Under the pieces are notes generated by a model. It was not told where the DNA came from. It searched no databases and was given only the letters and a program-made list of their open reading frames with translations. A DNA stretch of 64,000 nt from Eledone cirrhosa (lineage: Eukaryota). Position numbers and translations under genes: made by a program. The DNA lies in NCBI GenBank assembly GCA_964016885.1, contig OZ024743.1, forward strand, positions 255,502,001-255,566,000. The letters are read 5' to 3'. Below, one piece after another: positions 11,529 to 24,082 of this stretch (its first letter is position 1; every line of letters begins with the position of its first letter).

Positions 11529-14500
11529 TAGCTAGCAAGAAGGTAATGATTGAGTGGGGTCCATGCATTTAACAAGCGATTAACAAAAATACAAAATTTG
11601 TTCTGTTAAATACGTCCAAAAACCTACGTATTTAGCACTTAATAGAAACAGAAAATGTAGTTTGTTTTAGCGATAGATTGGCTATTTGGACTTGATACGA
11701 AATATGGATTGTTTTGAAAATACGCTAGGAGAGAGAGAGAGAGAGATGAAGTCTGTACATTACGTTTACATGAATTTCGTGGGACAGCAAGCAATGAAAT
11801 GAAATTTGGCGAAGTGAATTCCTATCATATATTTATAGGGAGAGAGAGAGAGAGTGAGAGAGAGCGAGGGTAGGGGGCCACATGATGGCTGTGGGTGTTA
11901 GGCGTTTGACCGCCCCGTGCCTTCGAAGAAGGAAGAAGGAAAGGATTTTGCTTTTTTGTTTTGAAGATACGCTAGAATTAGGGATTGGGGTTTGAAAATA
12001 CGCTAGGAATTAAGGTTTGAAAATAGCTAGCAAGAAGGTAATGATTGAGTGGGGTCCATGCATTTAACAAGCGATTAACAAAAATACAAAATTTGTTCTG
12101 TTAAATACGTCCAAAAACCTACGTATTTAGCACTTAATAGAAACAGAAAATGTAGTTTGTTTTAGCGATAGATTGGCTATTTGGACTTGATACGAAATAT
12201 GGATTGTTTTGAAAATACGCTAGGAGAAAGAGAGAGAGAGATGAAGTCTGTACATTACGTTTACATGAATTTCGTGGGACAGCAAGCAATGAAATGAAAT
12301 TTGGCGAAGTGAATTCCTATCATATATTTATAGGGAGAGAGAGAGAGAGTGAGAGAGAGCGAGGGTAGGGGGCCACATGATGGCTGTGGGTGTTAGGCGT
12401 TTGATCGCCCCGTGCCTTCGAAGAAGGAAGAAGGAAAGGATTTTGCTTTTTTGTTTTGAAGATACGCTAGAATTAGGGATTGGGGTTTGAAAATACGTTA
12501 GGAATTAAGGTTTGAAAATAGCTAGCAAGAAGGTAATGATTGAGTGGGGTCCATGCATTTAACAAGCGATTAACAAAAATACAAAATTTGTTCTGTTAAA
12601 TACGTCCAAAAACCTACGTATTTAGCACTTAATAGAAACAGAAAATGTAGTTTGTTTTAGCGATAGATTGGCTATTTGGACTTGATACGAAATATGGATT
12701 GTTTTGAAAATACGCTAGGAGAGAGAGAGAGAGAGATGAAGTCTGTACATTACGTTTACATGAATTTCGTGGGACAGCAAGCAATGAAATGAAATTTGGC
12801 GAAGTGAATTCCTATCATATATTTATAGGGAGAGAGAGAGAGAGTGAGAGAGAGCGAGGGTAGGGGGCCACATGATGGCTGTGGGTGTTAGGCGTTTGAC
12901 CGCCCCGTGCCTTCGAAGAAGGAAGAAGGAAAGGATTTTGCTTTTTTGTTTTGAAGATACGCTAGAATTAGGGATTGGGGTTTGAAAATACGTTAGGAAT
13001 TAAGGTTTGAAAATAGCTAGCAAGAAGGTAATGATTGAGTGGGGTCCATGCATTTAACAAGCGATTAACAAAAATACAAAATTTGTTCTGTTAAATACGT
13101 CCAAAAACCTACGTATTTAGCACTTAATAGAAACAGAAAATGTAGTTTGTTTTAGCGATAGATTGGCTATTTGGACTTGATACGAAATATGGATTGTTTT
13201 GAAAATACGCTAGGAGAGAGAGAGAGAGAGATGAAGTCTGTACATTACGTTTACATGAATTTCGTGGGACAGCAAGCAATGAAATGAAATTTGGCGAAGT
13301 GAATTCCTATCATATATTTATAGGGAGAGAGAGAGAGAGTGAGAGAGAGCGAGGGTAGGGGGCCACATGATGGCTGTGGGTGTTAGGCGTTTGACCGCCC
13401 CGTGCCTTCGAAGAAGGAAGAAGGAAAGGATTTTGCTTTTTTGTTTTGAAGATACGCTAGAATTAGGGATTGGGGTTTGAAAATACGTTAGGAATTAAGG
13501 TTTGAAAATAGCTAGCAAGAAGGTAATGATTGAGTGGGGTCCATGCATTTAACAAGCGATTAACAAAAATACAAAATTTGTTCTGTTAAATACGTCCAAA
13601 AACCTACGTATTTAGCACTTAATAGAAACAGAAAATGTAGTTTGTTTTAGCGATAGATTGGCTATTTGGACTTGATACGAAATATGGATTGTTTTGAAAA
13701 TACGCTAGGAGAAAGAGAGAGAGAGATGAAGTCTGTACATTACGTTTACATGAATTTCGTGGGACAGCAAGCAATGAAATGAAATTTGGCGAAGTGAATT
13801 CCTATCATATATTTATAGGGAGAGAGAGAGAGAGTGAGAGAGAGCGAGGGTAGGGGGCCACATGATGGCTGTGGGTGTTAGGCGTTTGATCGCCCCGTGC
13901 CTTCGAAGAAGGAAGAAGGAAAGGATTTTGCTTTTTTGTTTTGAAGATACGCTAGAATTAGGGATTGGGGTTTGAAAATACGTTAGGAATTAAGGTTTGA
14001 AAATAGCTAGCAAGAAGGTAATGATTGAGTGGGGTCCATGCATTTAACAAGCGATTAACAAAAATACAAAATTTGTTCTGTTAAATACGTCCAAAAACCT
14101 ACGTATTTAGCACTTAATAGAAACAGAAAATGTAGTTTGTTTTAGCGATAGATTGGCTATTTGGACTTGATACGAAATATGGATTGTTTTGAAAATACGC
14201 TAGGAGAGAGAGAGAGAGAGATGAAGTCTGTACATTACGTTTACATGAATTTCGTGGGACAGCAAGCAATGAAATGAAATTTGGCGAAGTGAATTCCTAT
14301 CATATATTTATAGGGAGAGAGAGAGAGAGTGAGAGAGAGCGAGGGTAGGGGGCCACATGATGGCTGTGGGTGTTAGGCGTTTGACCGCCCCGTGCCTTCG
14401 AAGAAGGAAGAAGGAAAGGATTTTGCTTTTTTGTTTTGAAGATACGCTAGAATTAGGGATTGGGGTTTGAAAATACGTTAGGAATTAAGGTTTGAAAATA

Positions 14501-14564
14501 GCTAGCAAGAAGGTAATGATTGAGTGGGGTCCATGCATTTAACAAGCGATTAACAAAAATACAA
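11529..14564 (-). repeat. Tandem array of 495-bp monomers (6 full + 64-bp partial) forming the LINE 5' end
   Basis: GCTAGCAAGAAGGTAATG recurs at 11531, 12026, 12521, 13016, 13511, 14006 and 14501 (exact 495 spacing). Only 3 variable sites seen. Confidence 0.98.
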
Positions 14565-14568
14565 TATG

Positions 14569-14599
<31 letters not shown>

Positions 14600-15655
14600 C
14601 ATCATCAGCTTCGTTTAACGTCTATCTTCCATGCTAGCATAGGTTAGCTATGAAGGTATCCCAGTTTTATGAAATTCAGCTACTGTGTTCAAATTATGCC
14701 TCTTTTCCTTAGATATTTTGTCAATATGCAATTTTCAAGTTTAACCCATTTGTTACCACATTACTAATGATAGACACTGACTCTGATTTTCCAATAATTT
14801 TGAAAATAATCAACTATTTAATGAGCTTTGATAAAATAACTTTCTCATTCATAAGCTGTAACTGTAAGTTTCTTACATAAAACTATGATGGAAAATATAA
14901 ACATATGACCATGCTGAAAGGGTTGAGAGGGATATTTAAATGTGTCAATGCATAAAAAACACTCTAGAGTAATCGACATGATAAATTGACCCATATATGC
15001 TATAAAGTGGTTAGTAACACAAAGGGAATCAAGCTGTAGAAAGCTTGCCAAAGAAAAGTGTTGAGAGGACCCTTCAATTATATCAAGGACATGACAAACT
15101 CCTTTGTGTTGATCTTTTAATAACATCTTTTACATGCTGTAAAGTGGATGGTTATATGAAGGGCATCTAACCATGAAAAGATGGTTAAACAAAGGTTTAG
15201 GAGGACTCCCCAGTTGTGTCAAAGAAATGAAAAGCTCTCTAATGCTGTTTCCATGATAAAATGCACTCAATAGAGAGTGAGGCTGTATGTAACAAGATAC
15301 GGGCCCTTGGCCTGTCTAGGAGGTTTGTAGATACACTTCAGTATTGACTGAGTCTGTGAAAACTAGTCCAACACTTGCTAACAGGAAAATCATACTTTAA
15401 ATTATGTGGATGATGATAAAAACTTGTAAACAAACAATCTTCCATTGTAGAACCATATAAGTTTTCAAACGGTTTGGTATGAAAAGTATTACATGTATCA
15501 AAAATCCCATCTGCTGGTCACAGACTCTTTGCTCCAGCTGTAGATTGTCCTATGTTTTCATTAGTTAATCATTGAAGGTGAGATGGGGGATGGCAGTTAA
15601 TTTCATTATTGTTGTGAATGTAAAAAACAATGATGGTAGTTGTTTGTGTCTAGAG

Positions 15656-15779
15656 CAGCCATGAGCAAACAGACTCTCTGAACGGCACACCTAATTTCAA
15701 TAGTTTTAGTAGTGTAGCCCACCTTACTATGAGCCATATCGTATACAGTCTACTGTTCATAAAAGGTTGCCCATGCCTG
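15656..15779. mobile_element. hAT (Charlie-type) MITE
   Basis: TIRs CAGCCATGAGCAAAC / GGTTGCCCATGCCTG. Flanks GTCTAGAG and CTCTAGAC fit the 8-bp NTCTAGAN target. Confidence 0.7.
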
Positions 15780-16078
15780 CTCTAGACATAGGCCTTTTAC
15801 AGCTATAATCAAACATTCTCTATGTTTTCAACCAGAATTTTTTAGCAATCATCGACATTATCCACACCTACTTCCTCTCTGGCAAGCCTTGTTTGGTATA
15901 GGACATGGATTGGTATATTTTCATACATTTTATAGCAGGAAAAGCTATTTCAGGCCTTTTTGCTCAAACAAATTTGCGGAACAGAGAAAAAAATAGTTAC
16001 TATAAACGACTGTTATTGAAGCTTCAAAATCATCAAGAATTTGATATATATATATACACACACACACACATATATATG

Positions 16079-16170
16079 CAGGGCATCCCCAAACAATGAA
16101 TACACACTTCCAATAAATATTGCCTGTACAGGTAATCAAAGTGTGTATACATTTTTTGGGTCAACCTTTA
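16079..16170. mobile_element. Small decayed Tc1/mariner-type MITE
   Basis: Imperfect ~30-bp TIRs CAGGGCATCCCCAAACAATGAATACACACTT / AAGTGTGTATACATTTTTTGGGTCAACCTT in TA context. Confidence 0.4.
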
Positions 16171-16733
16171 TATATATAGTCTAAAAAGCGTAAGTAAATG
16201 TAATTGTTTGAATAGGAAATAAGAATTGGGTGCAAAACTATAATCCTTTGCTTCAGAGTTTACATAATCTCCTACACACATACACATGCACAAACTCACA
16301 TTTATGACCTTTTGTTATATGTCAGTTTTTATAAGTAAATAGTAGTATATCTATTTCTCTCTCTCCCTCTCTTGGATGGATGCACAAACATTGCGTATAC
16401 TGTGACCCCAAAGAGGGTTCAGATGGGAGCAAACTGTAACATTATATATATGTAATGTCTGCTATTATTAACTAAATACTGTGAATAGTAGTTCCAGTTG
16501 GACCTATTCGTGATAGACCAGAATGCAGAAACTGATGCATTGGTCCAGGTATATTTGATATACTAATATACCCTCACAAAGTCATTTGTCTTACTGATTA
16601 ATGTATGTGTGGACCCTGAGTAATGGGTTTGTATTTCTAATAACACAAACATGATTATATTATTGAGTAAGTAATGGAATCACTGAAACGGTACCAATTC
16701 TTTTTGACTAGCTTCATAAACCTATATTTATAT

Positions 16734-16766
<33 letters not shown>

Positions 16767-17090
16767 GTTTAACGTCCATTTTCCGTGCTAGCATGGGTCT
16801 GGACGGGAATTGTCCCACTTGAGGCAAGATTTGTTGTCTTGCTAGGACTGTCCGGCGGGTTTTCTACGGCTGGATGCCCTTCCTAACACCAACCACGTTT
16901 ACAGTGTGGACTGGGAGGTGTTTACCGTGTTACCTACACGACCACATTACAGCGTGGACTGTGTGTTTTATTGTTGTGACACCTACACGTCTGGTGGGTT
17001 TTCTACGGCTGGGTGCCCTTCCCAACACCAACCACGTTTACAGTGTGTACTGGGAGGTTTTTACCGTGTTACCTACACGGCCACATTACA
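16734..17090 (-). mobile_element. 3' UTR-only copy of RTE family A with internal duplication
   Basis: Closely similar to 7755-8008 including the (GAT)n tail. The segment from ~16850 is repeated from ~16990. Confidence 0.85.
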
Positions 17091-18537
17091 TATATATATA
17101 TATATATAGACAAGTATATGCGTGTATGTATAATGTCAAGCATGTGTAATCTGTGAATATATTTATATATATATATATTTATATACACACACATGTATAT
17201 GTGTATATTTCCCATTTCATATAAATATAAAGAAAAATATTGGTGATATAGTGTTATCATGTCTTTCAAGAAATTAAAAACTCTGACATGTTTAATCCCA
17301 CTAAACTAACCCATCTTTTACAGATAGCACTCACAGGATATCACACCGATATTCCCAGAAGAATATTATTACATTTCACTATCTCCAGATTAAAGAGTGA
17401 GAGAGATATTGAAAAAGACAGAGAAAGAGAAGACCTCTTTTAACTGACCAAACAAAATGGCTAGTGGCTTCCCTTCTCTAACTTCCACTTAATGTCTCGG
17501 TGGTATTAAGAAGTTTTGAATCTGTTCAATATGGTAGATATTATCAGCATATCAAGTGGTCTTTAGCTTTGAAGAGTTACCCCCCCCCCCCCCCCCAACT
17601 CTTCCTGTGAAGTCTGGAAAATTTTGTTCTCCTTTTTATGTGAGAGTATTTGTGTATGTTGCTGATTATGTGTGTTCTGTGTTTGTATTTGTTTGTGTTG
17701 TGTTTAAAACCTTTGCTTGAAATCACCAGTGTATGTATGTTTGCCTCGTTTTCATTCAGGTTTAAGAAGTAGGAGAAAGAAGAAATGGGCTGAGGAGAAA
17801 ATCTTTTATTTATAGAACTTGCATAGTAATGTGCTGTGAGGTGTTATTTATCGAATATATTTAGTGTGGCCAGGCCAAGATTAAGAATTTCATCTAGATA
17901 GGAATGTGTTCTCTCCAAAGAATTACTTTATTGATCGCAAAAGAAAGTATGCATCAAGACTTTCAAATATCTATGGTTTCAAGATGAATTTCTTTTCTCA
18001 ACAAACATTTTAAATTTCAAAGTATATTTAAAATTAATATATGTGTTGGGCTCATAATGATAAGATTGTGGGTTCATTTCCTAGATGGGCACTGCATTGT
18101 GTTCTTGAGCAAAACAATTCATTTCACATTGCTTTTCATGTGAGGATTGTAGATCCTATCATTAAAGCACATTAGGAACCTTGAATAAAATGCAACTTCA
18201 TAGTAGGCCAGCTAAACCTGCATAGATGTGAGTTACTAGCACTATTAATTTACAGAGTATACTGGGCACCAACACTACCACTTTACATACATATACATAT
18301 GTAAACTAAAAATCATGACTATATTGTACACCTACTAAATCTCACTAGTTCAGACCCCTGTATCTTATAACTTTATACTAATAATTAAAGGCAAAATATT
18401 AAGCAGATAGAAAATTCCTGAACATTTCTATATAGTTATAGTTACACTATATCTATATATCTATATTTATCTCACTCATGCTCTCTCTCTATATATATGC
18501 ATATATATATAAACATATATATATATATATATATATA

Positions 18538-19230
18538 GTGACGAAACATAAGTCAATTGCATGAACTCATAATCCTTTATTTACTGCTATATATATTTCG
18601 ATGATAGCCATTGAGTGGCTATGATCTCATCAGGCAGTTAGTCGGTTCTTAGATATGCCAGCACTGTGTTTATAGTGTCGATTGTATCAGAGCCTTGGGA
18701 CATATGAGCTTGTTAGGAATAATTTAATGTTGTCAGTAGGAATAATCTTAATTCTCATTGGTCAGTTTGTAGATGCTAGTAGGGTTGGTATTTAACCTCA
18801 AAGAGGCAGGTGGTGTTGTAAAGTTCAAACCATCAGGCAAGATGACAATAGTTCCATATGACTGATTTTCACAAAAAGCATTCCTGGTCAGATATATATT
18901 CAATTGGGGTTCATAGTATGAAATTCGATACTACAGGTCAATCTTACATTGAGGAATTTATGGTTAGAGTAGAATACTAGAAAATTTACATATAAAAAGA
19001 CTAATGTTGGTTGACTTGCATATACATTCACACCCACCCTCACAGACACACACACACATCCACACATACAAATTGAGGAATTTATGTGGGGTGATAATAC
19101 TGAAAATTATGGTAAGTGTCAAATACTTAGAGAGTTTAGAAATAAAACCTATGTTGGTTGACTTGTACATACTCTCACACCTACCCCCACAGACACACCC
19201 ACACATCTACACAGACAGATCCATACAGGT
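18538..19230 (-). mobile_element. PLE pseudo-LTR / 3' end remnant related to the 29.9-33.5 kb element
   Basis: Hammerhead ~50 nt from the 3' end, AACTGACCAATG motif shared with 33179, and a (GT)-rich duplicated segment. Abuts (TA)n. A second copy of the end lies at 63449-63614. Confidence 0.65.
18583..18638 (-). ncRNA. Type I hammerhead ribozyme (intact core)
   Basis: ACTGC-CTGATGA-GATCATAGCCA ctcaa TGGCTATCATC-GAAA-TATATA-TA^GCAGT: stem I 5 bp, stem II 10 bp with one C.C mismatch, palindromic stem III. Confidence 0.9.
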
Positions 19231-19430
19231 GTGTATATATATATATATATATGTACGCACATGTGCATATATACATATGACAGAGGCTCCCAATTCCAAG
19301 TATAGTGCAGACATAAAACTAGGTGGGTGTTATTTTTAAAGAAAAGTAAAGTGGGTGTTTGGAAAAGTTATTGTTTAGACTAGACAAAGTAGAGTGTGAT
19401 ATATATCTTCACAGCAATATATATATATAT

Positions 19431-19616
19431 GTGGTGGATTGGCAGTATCGGTAGAGGGTCGGACGCCATGCTTTCCAGCATAGTTACGTCCCTTTACGAT
19501 CTGAGTTCAAATCCCGCCGAGGTTGACTTTGCCTTTCATCCTTACGTGGTCGATAAAATAAAGTACCAGTAATGAACTGGGTAATTTGCTGGCCTTGTGC
19601 CTAAAGTAGAAACAAA
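19431..19616 (+). mobile_element. tRNA-derived SINE, family A
   Basis: Full-length match to the other family A copies. Confidence 0.88.
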
Positions 19617-19820
19617 TCTATATATATATGTGATATATATGTGTGATATATATCTACCACAGCAATATATATATACATATATATATATATATGTGTAGGA
19701 GGTGAGTTTTATTGTAGTACAATAAAGCAATGCAGATATCGGATAAGAAGCACTCTACAGTTTGTAGGACTGGAGTATACATAATATATAAGATCAAAAG
19801 ATGGTTAAAAGAGTTCCATG

Positions 19821-19891
19821 TATTTTATTATGCGCATTTCAAAAACAAATATCATCATGCAATAACATTTGTGTTTTCATCAGATAAAATA
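19821..19891 (-). ncRNA. Type I hammerhead ribozyme (inverted pLTR copy)
   Basis: Reverse complement of 24012-24082, with CTGATGA, GAAA and TGCGCA-TA intact. Confidence 0.88.
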
Positions 19892-20761
19892 GGAAGACAT
19901 GATATGAAGGTTAAAAACACTTGTGGATAGTGCAGTTTTAAATCAACATATGAAAAGTAGTTTTAGATTGATGTGTGATATTGGGGAAAAAAGTTTTGAG
20001 GGGGGGGGGGTGAAAAAGAGGAGGAGATGAGAGTAAAAAGTGGAGGGGGAGGAGTATAATGAGGAAGGATGAGATAGGAGGAGAGATGGGTGATAGAGAG
20101 AGAGAGATAGCTTTTATAACTGAGAAAAATATATTGTTTTACATAGAGAGGTTGAAAAACCGTTGGAAGATAATGTATAAATTAAAAGAATTTGAAAATT
20201 AACGAAGTAAAGTTAAGGTTTGTATATTGAAGGGTTTAATAATATGTGCGATGGAAAGAAAATGTTAATATGTATTAAGAATAATATTTAAGGGTTTAAT
20301 AATATGTGCGATGGAAAGAAAATGTTGATATGTATTATTAAAAAAACAAAAGTATTGTAAGTAAGGATATATTGTGAGATGAGCATGAATAAGTTAGATG
20401 AAAGTGAGAAAAAAATAATGAATAGAGGATGAATAATCTAACGTCAAAAAAAATGTTTATGTTTACGAAGGATTTTTTCAAGGTGATATAAAGTAAGAAT
20501 ATATTGTATTGTGTAATAATTGTTAGGCACAGTGAGAAAAGGTACAGATTAGGGGTTAGAACTCTTTTAACCATCTTTTGATCTTATATATTATGTATAC
20601 TCCAGCCCTACAAACTGTAGAGTGCTTCTTATCCGATATCTGCATTGCTTTATTGTACTACAATAAAACTCATCTCCTACATTAACTTGCTCCTTAGCGG
20701 TTGAGCGCTAACTCTCATATTGGATACCTTTTGATGGTCCTTTACCTTTTTCTTCTACAAC

Positions 20762-23156
20762 ATGGATTATTACAACATAACCAATTCAACTAAAAACATT
20801 CCAATACCTGGTAAATCTGAATTCACCAAACTTCTAATTGAAAAAACTGACTCCTTTGTAAGAAGACTTAGATGGATAGCTTATTTCTATGACCAGCGCC
20901 TAAAAGGGAACTTCTATACCAAGGAACATAACTTCCTCGATCATCTATTTAATTCTAGAAGAAATCCTCCTTCCAACAAAAATCTAGTGCAATTCGAGGA
21001 AGAGTTAACAAATATTATAAAAAATCTTAAATTCAAGAGATACCCTTACAAAGGACAAGAGCACCTTGTAAATCTCAAGAACACAATTTCAAACCTAAAT
21101 TCCTCAAAAAATGTTTTAGTCCACTCTGACAAAACGAATAATTTATATGGTATTTCCAAGGATAATTATAACAACCTTATCCTAAAGGCACTTAGGAAAA
21201 AATATGGTAAAACCAACCATGATAATTTAGAATCCATAAACTTTGAAGCCTCTGAGATTATGTCAAAACTTGGCATCGGGAAAAAGACCGAACCATTCCT
21301 CCCAAGAACTCCGAGGATAAATCTCAAGGATCACAAAAACAATTTTCGCACTGAACTACCTGTTAGATTAATCGCCCCCTCTAAATCAGATCTGGGGGTT
21401 GTTAGTAAAACCATCTTGGATAGAATTATCCCACAGGTTCGTTCTAATTGCTCTTCTTTGAACTTAAATTTATGGTTTGGTACTTCTGAAGTGATTGGCT
21501 GGTTCAACAAATTGAATAATAAAAACAAACTAAAATGTGTTCAATTTGATATTGCCAGCTACTATTCTTCTATTTCGCCTTCACTTCTCAACAATGCTCT
21601 ATCTTTCGCATTTAAATATTCTGACATCACCACAGATGAACTTCACATCATTCTCACCGCACGTAAAACCATCCTTGAGTTCAACAATGAATATTGGACC
21701 AGAGCTGATACCTCTAACAACTTCGACATCACAATGGGAGTATCCGATTCATCCCAATTGACAGATTTAATTGGTATCTTTATTTTGAACTCTTTGAGTC
21801 TAAAATTCCTCAACTTCGCGGTGGAATTTATCGTGACGATGGACTCTTTACTATCTTAAATTGCAACATAGTTAACCTTAATATTATTAAGAACAATATA
21901 CGTAATCTCTTTAACCAACATAACCTAAAAATTGAATTTGATAACAGCATCAAACTAGCTAATTTCTTGGATGTAGCCCTTAATCTTGACACTGGCCGAT
22001 ATTACCCTTACCATAAAACAATGAGAAACTAAATTATGTTAATTTTAAATCTAACCACCCTACTAATATTAAGAATGCTATAGTTAGTAATATTGGAAAA
22101 AGAATATCTAACCTATCTTCTAATAAAAACATCTTTGATGCTAACGCCAATTACTATAATAACGTGCTTTCTAAAGCCGGCTATCCTGATAAAATCAAAT
22201 ATAAAGAAACAAATTCTAGAAGATCTTACAGTAGAATAATTAATCATGATCATTCCAATAACTTTAATAAAAGACCCAGATACAAAAACATAATCTGGTA
22301 TAATGCTCCTTTCTCCATCTCTATTAATAATAATATCCCTAAATTATTCTTTAATGCCTTAAATAAATGCTTCCCTCCTTCACATATCTATAGTAAAATA
22401 TTTAACAAACACACTATAAAATTTTCCTATTCGACATCCTCCAACATTTCCAACATTATCTCTAAACACAACAATAAAATACTAAATACTAAATCTCTTC
22501 CTTCCAACACTGAATATCATAATAATAGTAATTGTACTCCCGACGTCATTGTAAACTCTAGGCTAATTTCTGCAAACCCAAATACAACGTCAAACACAAC
22601 TTCGCTAAATGTTCTTAATCCCATTCTAAATCAAGAAACTATTATTCCTATCGCAAATAACTTCTCCAATCCAATTCCTTCTATAGATAACACTAGGTCA
22701 CTCGTTAATAATCTCTCTAATCGCAATTGCAATTGCCCTGCTAAAAATAAATGTCCTCTCAACAACCATTGTCTTGATAAAAACTTAATCTACGAATGTA
22801 AAGTTATAACTGACACCAATTCCTTCACCTATTTTGGCTCCACTTCCACCTCCTTTAAAGCTCGTCTTTATAATCATCATTCGTCTTTTAAATACCAACT
22901 TAAAAGAACCAACACGGCTCTCTCAGAACTCATATAGTCATTGAAAGACAAAAATATTAAATATAACATCTCTTGGAAAAAGGTTTCTTCTGCTGTTCCA
23001 TACTTGAACAGTTCTCTATCCAAGACTTGCAATCTCTGTCTAAATGAAAAATTTATCATTATATCTAATTTAGATTCTATAATAAATAGACGCACTGACT
23101 TGTTTTCTCTCTGCTTGCATAAATTCCACAGAACATTCCATAAAGTATACAGCTAA
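20762..23156 (+). pseudogene. PLE RT + GIY-YIG endonuclease ORF, disrupted by ~2 frameshifts and a stop
   Basis: STKNIPIP, SDKTNNLY, LKDHK..PVRLI, QFDIASYYSSI, FDITMG, GIYRDDGL (shifted frame at ~21820), FLDV, SNHP, WYNAPFS, CNCPAKNKCPLNNHC, NLIYEC..YFGST..FKARLYNH, CNLCLNEK..CLH. TAG at 22935. Confidence 0.92.
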
Positions 23157-23585
23157 TATCCTAAACTTTATCAATTCAGAATCCTTTTCTCAAAGGCACA
23201 TATATATATATATATATATACTTCTTTAAAAATATACCCATCATTCTACCGTATTTCAAAGTTATTTATTAAACATTATATAATACTTGTTACTCATTCT
23301 ATATCACTCCTATTTATCACTTCCCTTTCTTCCTTTTCCTTTTCTTTTCTTTTCCTTTTAATTTCTAACCCCTAATCTGTACCTTTTCTCACTGTGTCTA
23401 ACATAGAAACAATTATTACACAATACAATACATTCTTACTTCATATCACCTTGAAAAAATCCTTCGTAAACATAAACATTTTTTTTGACGTTAGATTATT
23501 CATCCTCTATTCATTATTTTTTTCTCACTTTCATCTAACTTATTCATGCTCATCTCACAATATATCCTTACTTTTGTTTTTTTAA

Positions 23586-23759
23586 TAATACATATCAACA
23601 TTTTCTTTCCATCGCACATATTATTAAGCCCTTAAATATTATTCTTAATACATATTAACATTTTCTTTCCATCGCACATATTATTAAACCCTTAAATATT
23701 ATTCTTAATACATATTAACAATTTCTTTTCATCGTACATATTATTAAACCCTTCAATAT
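23586..23759. repeat. 60-bp tandem repeat x3 inside the pLTR (x2 in the inverted copy at ~20225-20340)
   Basis: TAATACATATTAACATTTTCTTTCCATCGCACATATTATTAAACCCTT repeats at 60-nt period. Confidence 0.9.
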
Positions 23760-24011
23760 ACAAACCTTAACTTTACATTTTTTTCTCTCCGTTAATTTTC
23801 AAATTCTTTTAATTTATACATTATCTTCCAACGGTTTTTCAACCTCTCTACGTAAAACAATATATTTTTCTCAGTTATAAAAGCTATCTCTCTCTCTCTA
23901 TCACCCATCTCTCCTCCTATCTCATCCTTCCTCATTATACTCCTCCCCCTCCACTTTTTACTCTCATCTGCACTATCCACAAGTGTTTTTAACCTTCATA
24001 TCATGTCTTCC

Positions 24012-24082
24012 TATTTTATCTGATGAAAACACAAATGTTATTGCATGATGATATTTGTTTTTGAAATGCGCATAATAAAATA
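24012..24082 (+). ncRNA. Type I hammerhead ribozyme (intact core)
   Basis: TATTTTAT-CTGATGA-[16-position stem II with one C.U mismatch, GCAT loop]-GAAA-TGCGCA-TA^ATAAAATA. Stem I 8 bp, palindromic stem III. Confidence 0.9.

Larger units (their letters stand above)
7755..14564 (-). mobile_element. Full-length, intact RTE-clade LINE (family A) including tandem-monomer 5' region
   Basis: (GAT)n tail at 7755-7778, ~380-nt 3' UTR containing GGTTGGTGTTAGGAAGGGCATCCA, uninterrupted ORF, ~140-nt unique leader, then the 495-bp array. Candidate low-complexity TSD ATATGTAT at 7749-7756 / 14564-14571. Confidence 0.9.

Noticed and set aside
11529-14564. CRISPR-like array or coding repeat
   Set aside because: Units are near-identical over their whole length with no unique spacers, there are no cas genes, and the ORF track shows no ORF of 60 aa or more within the units.
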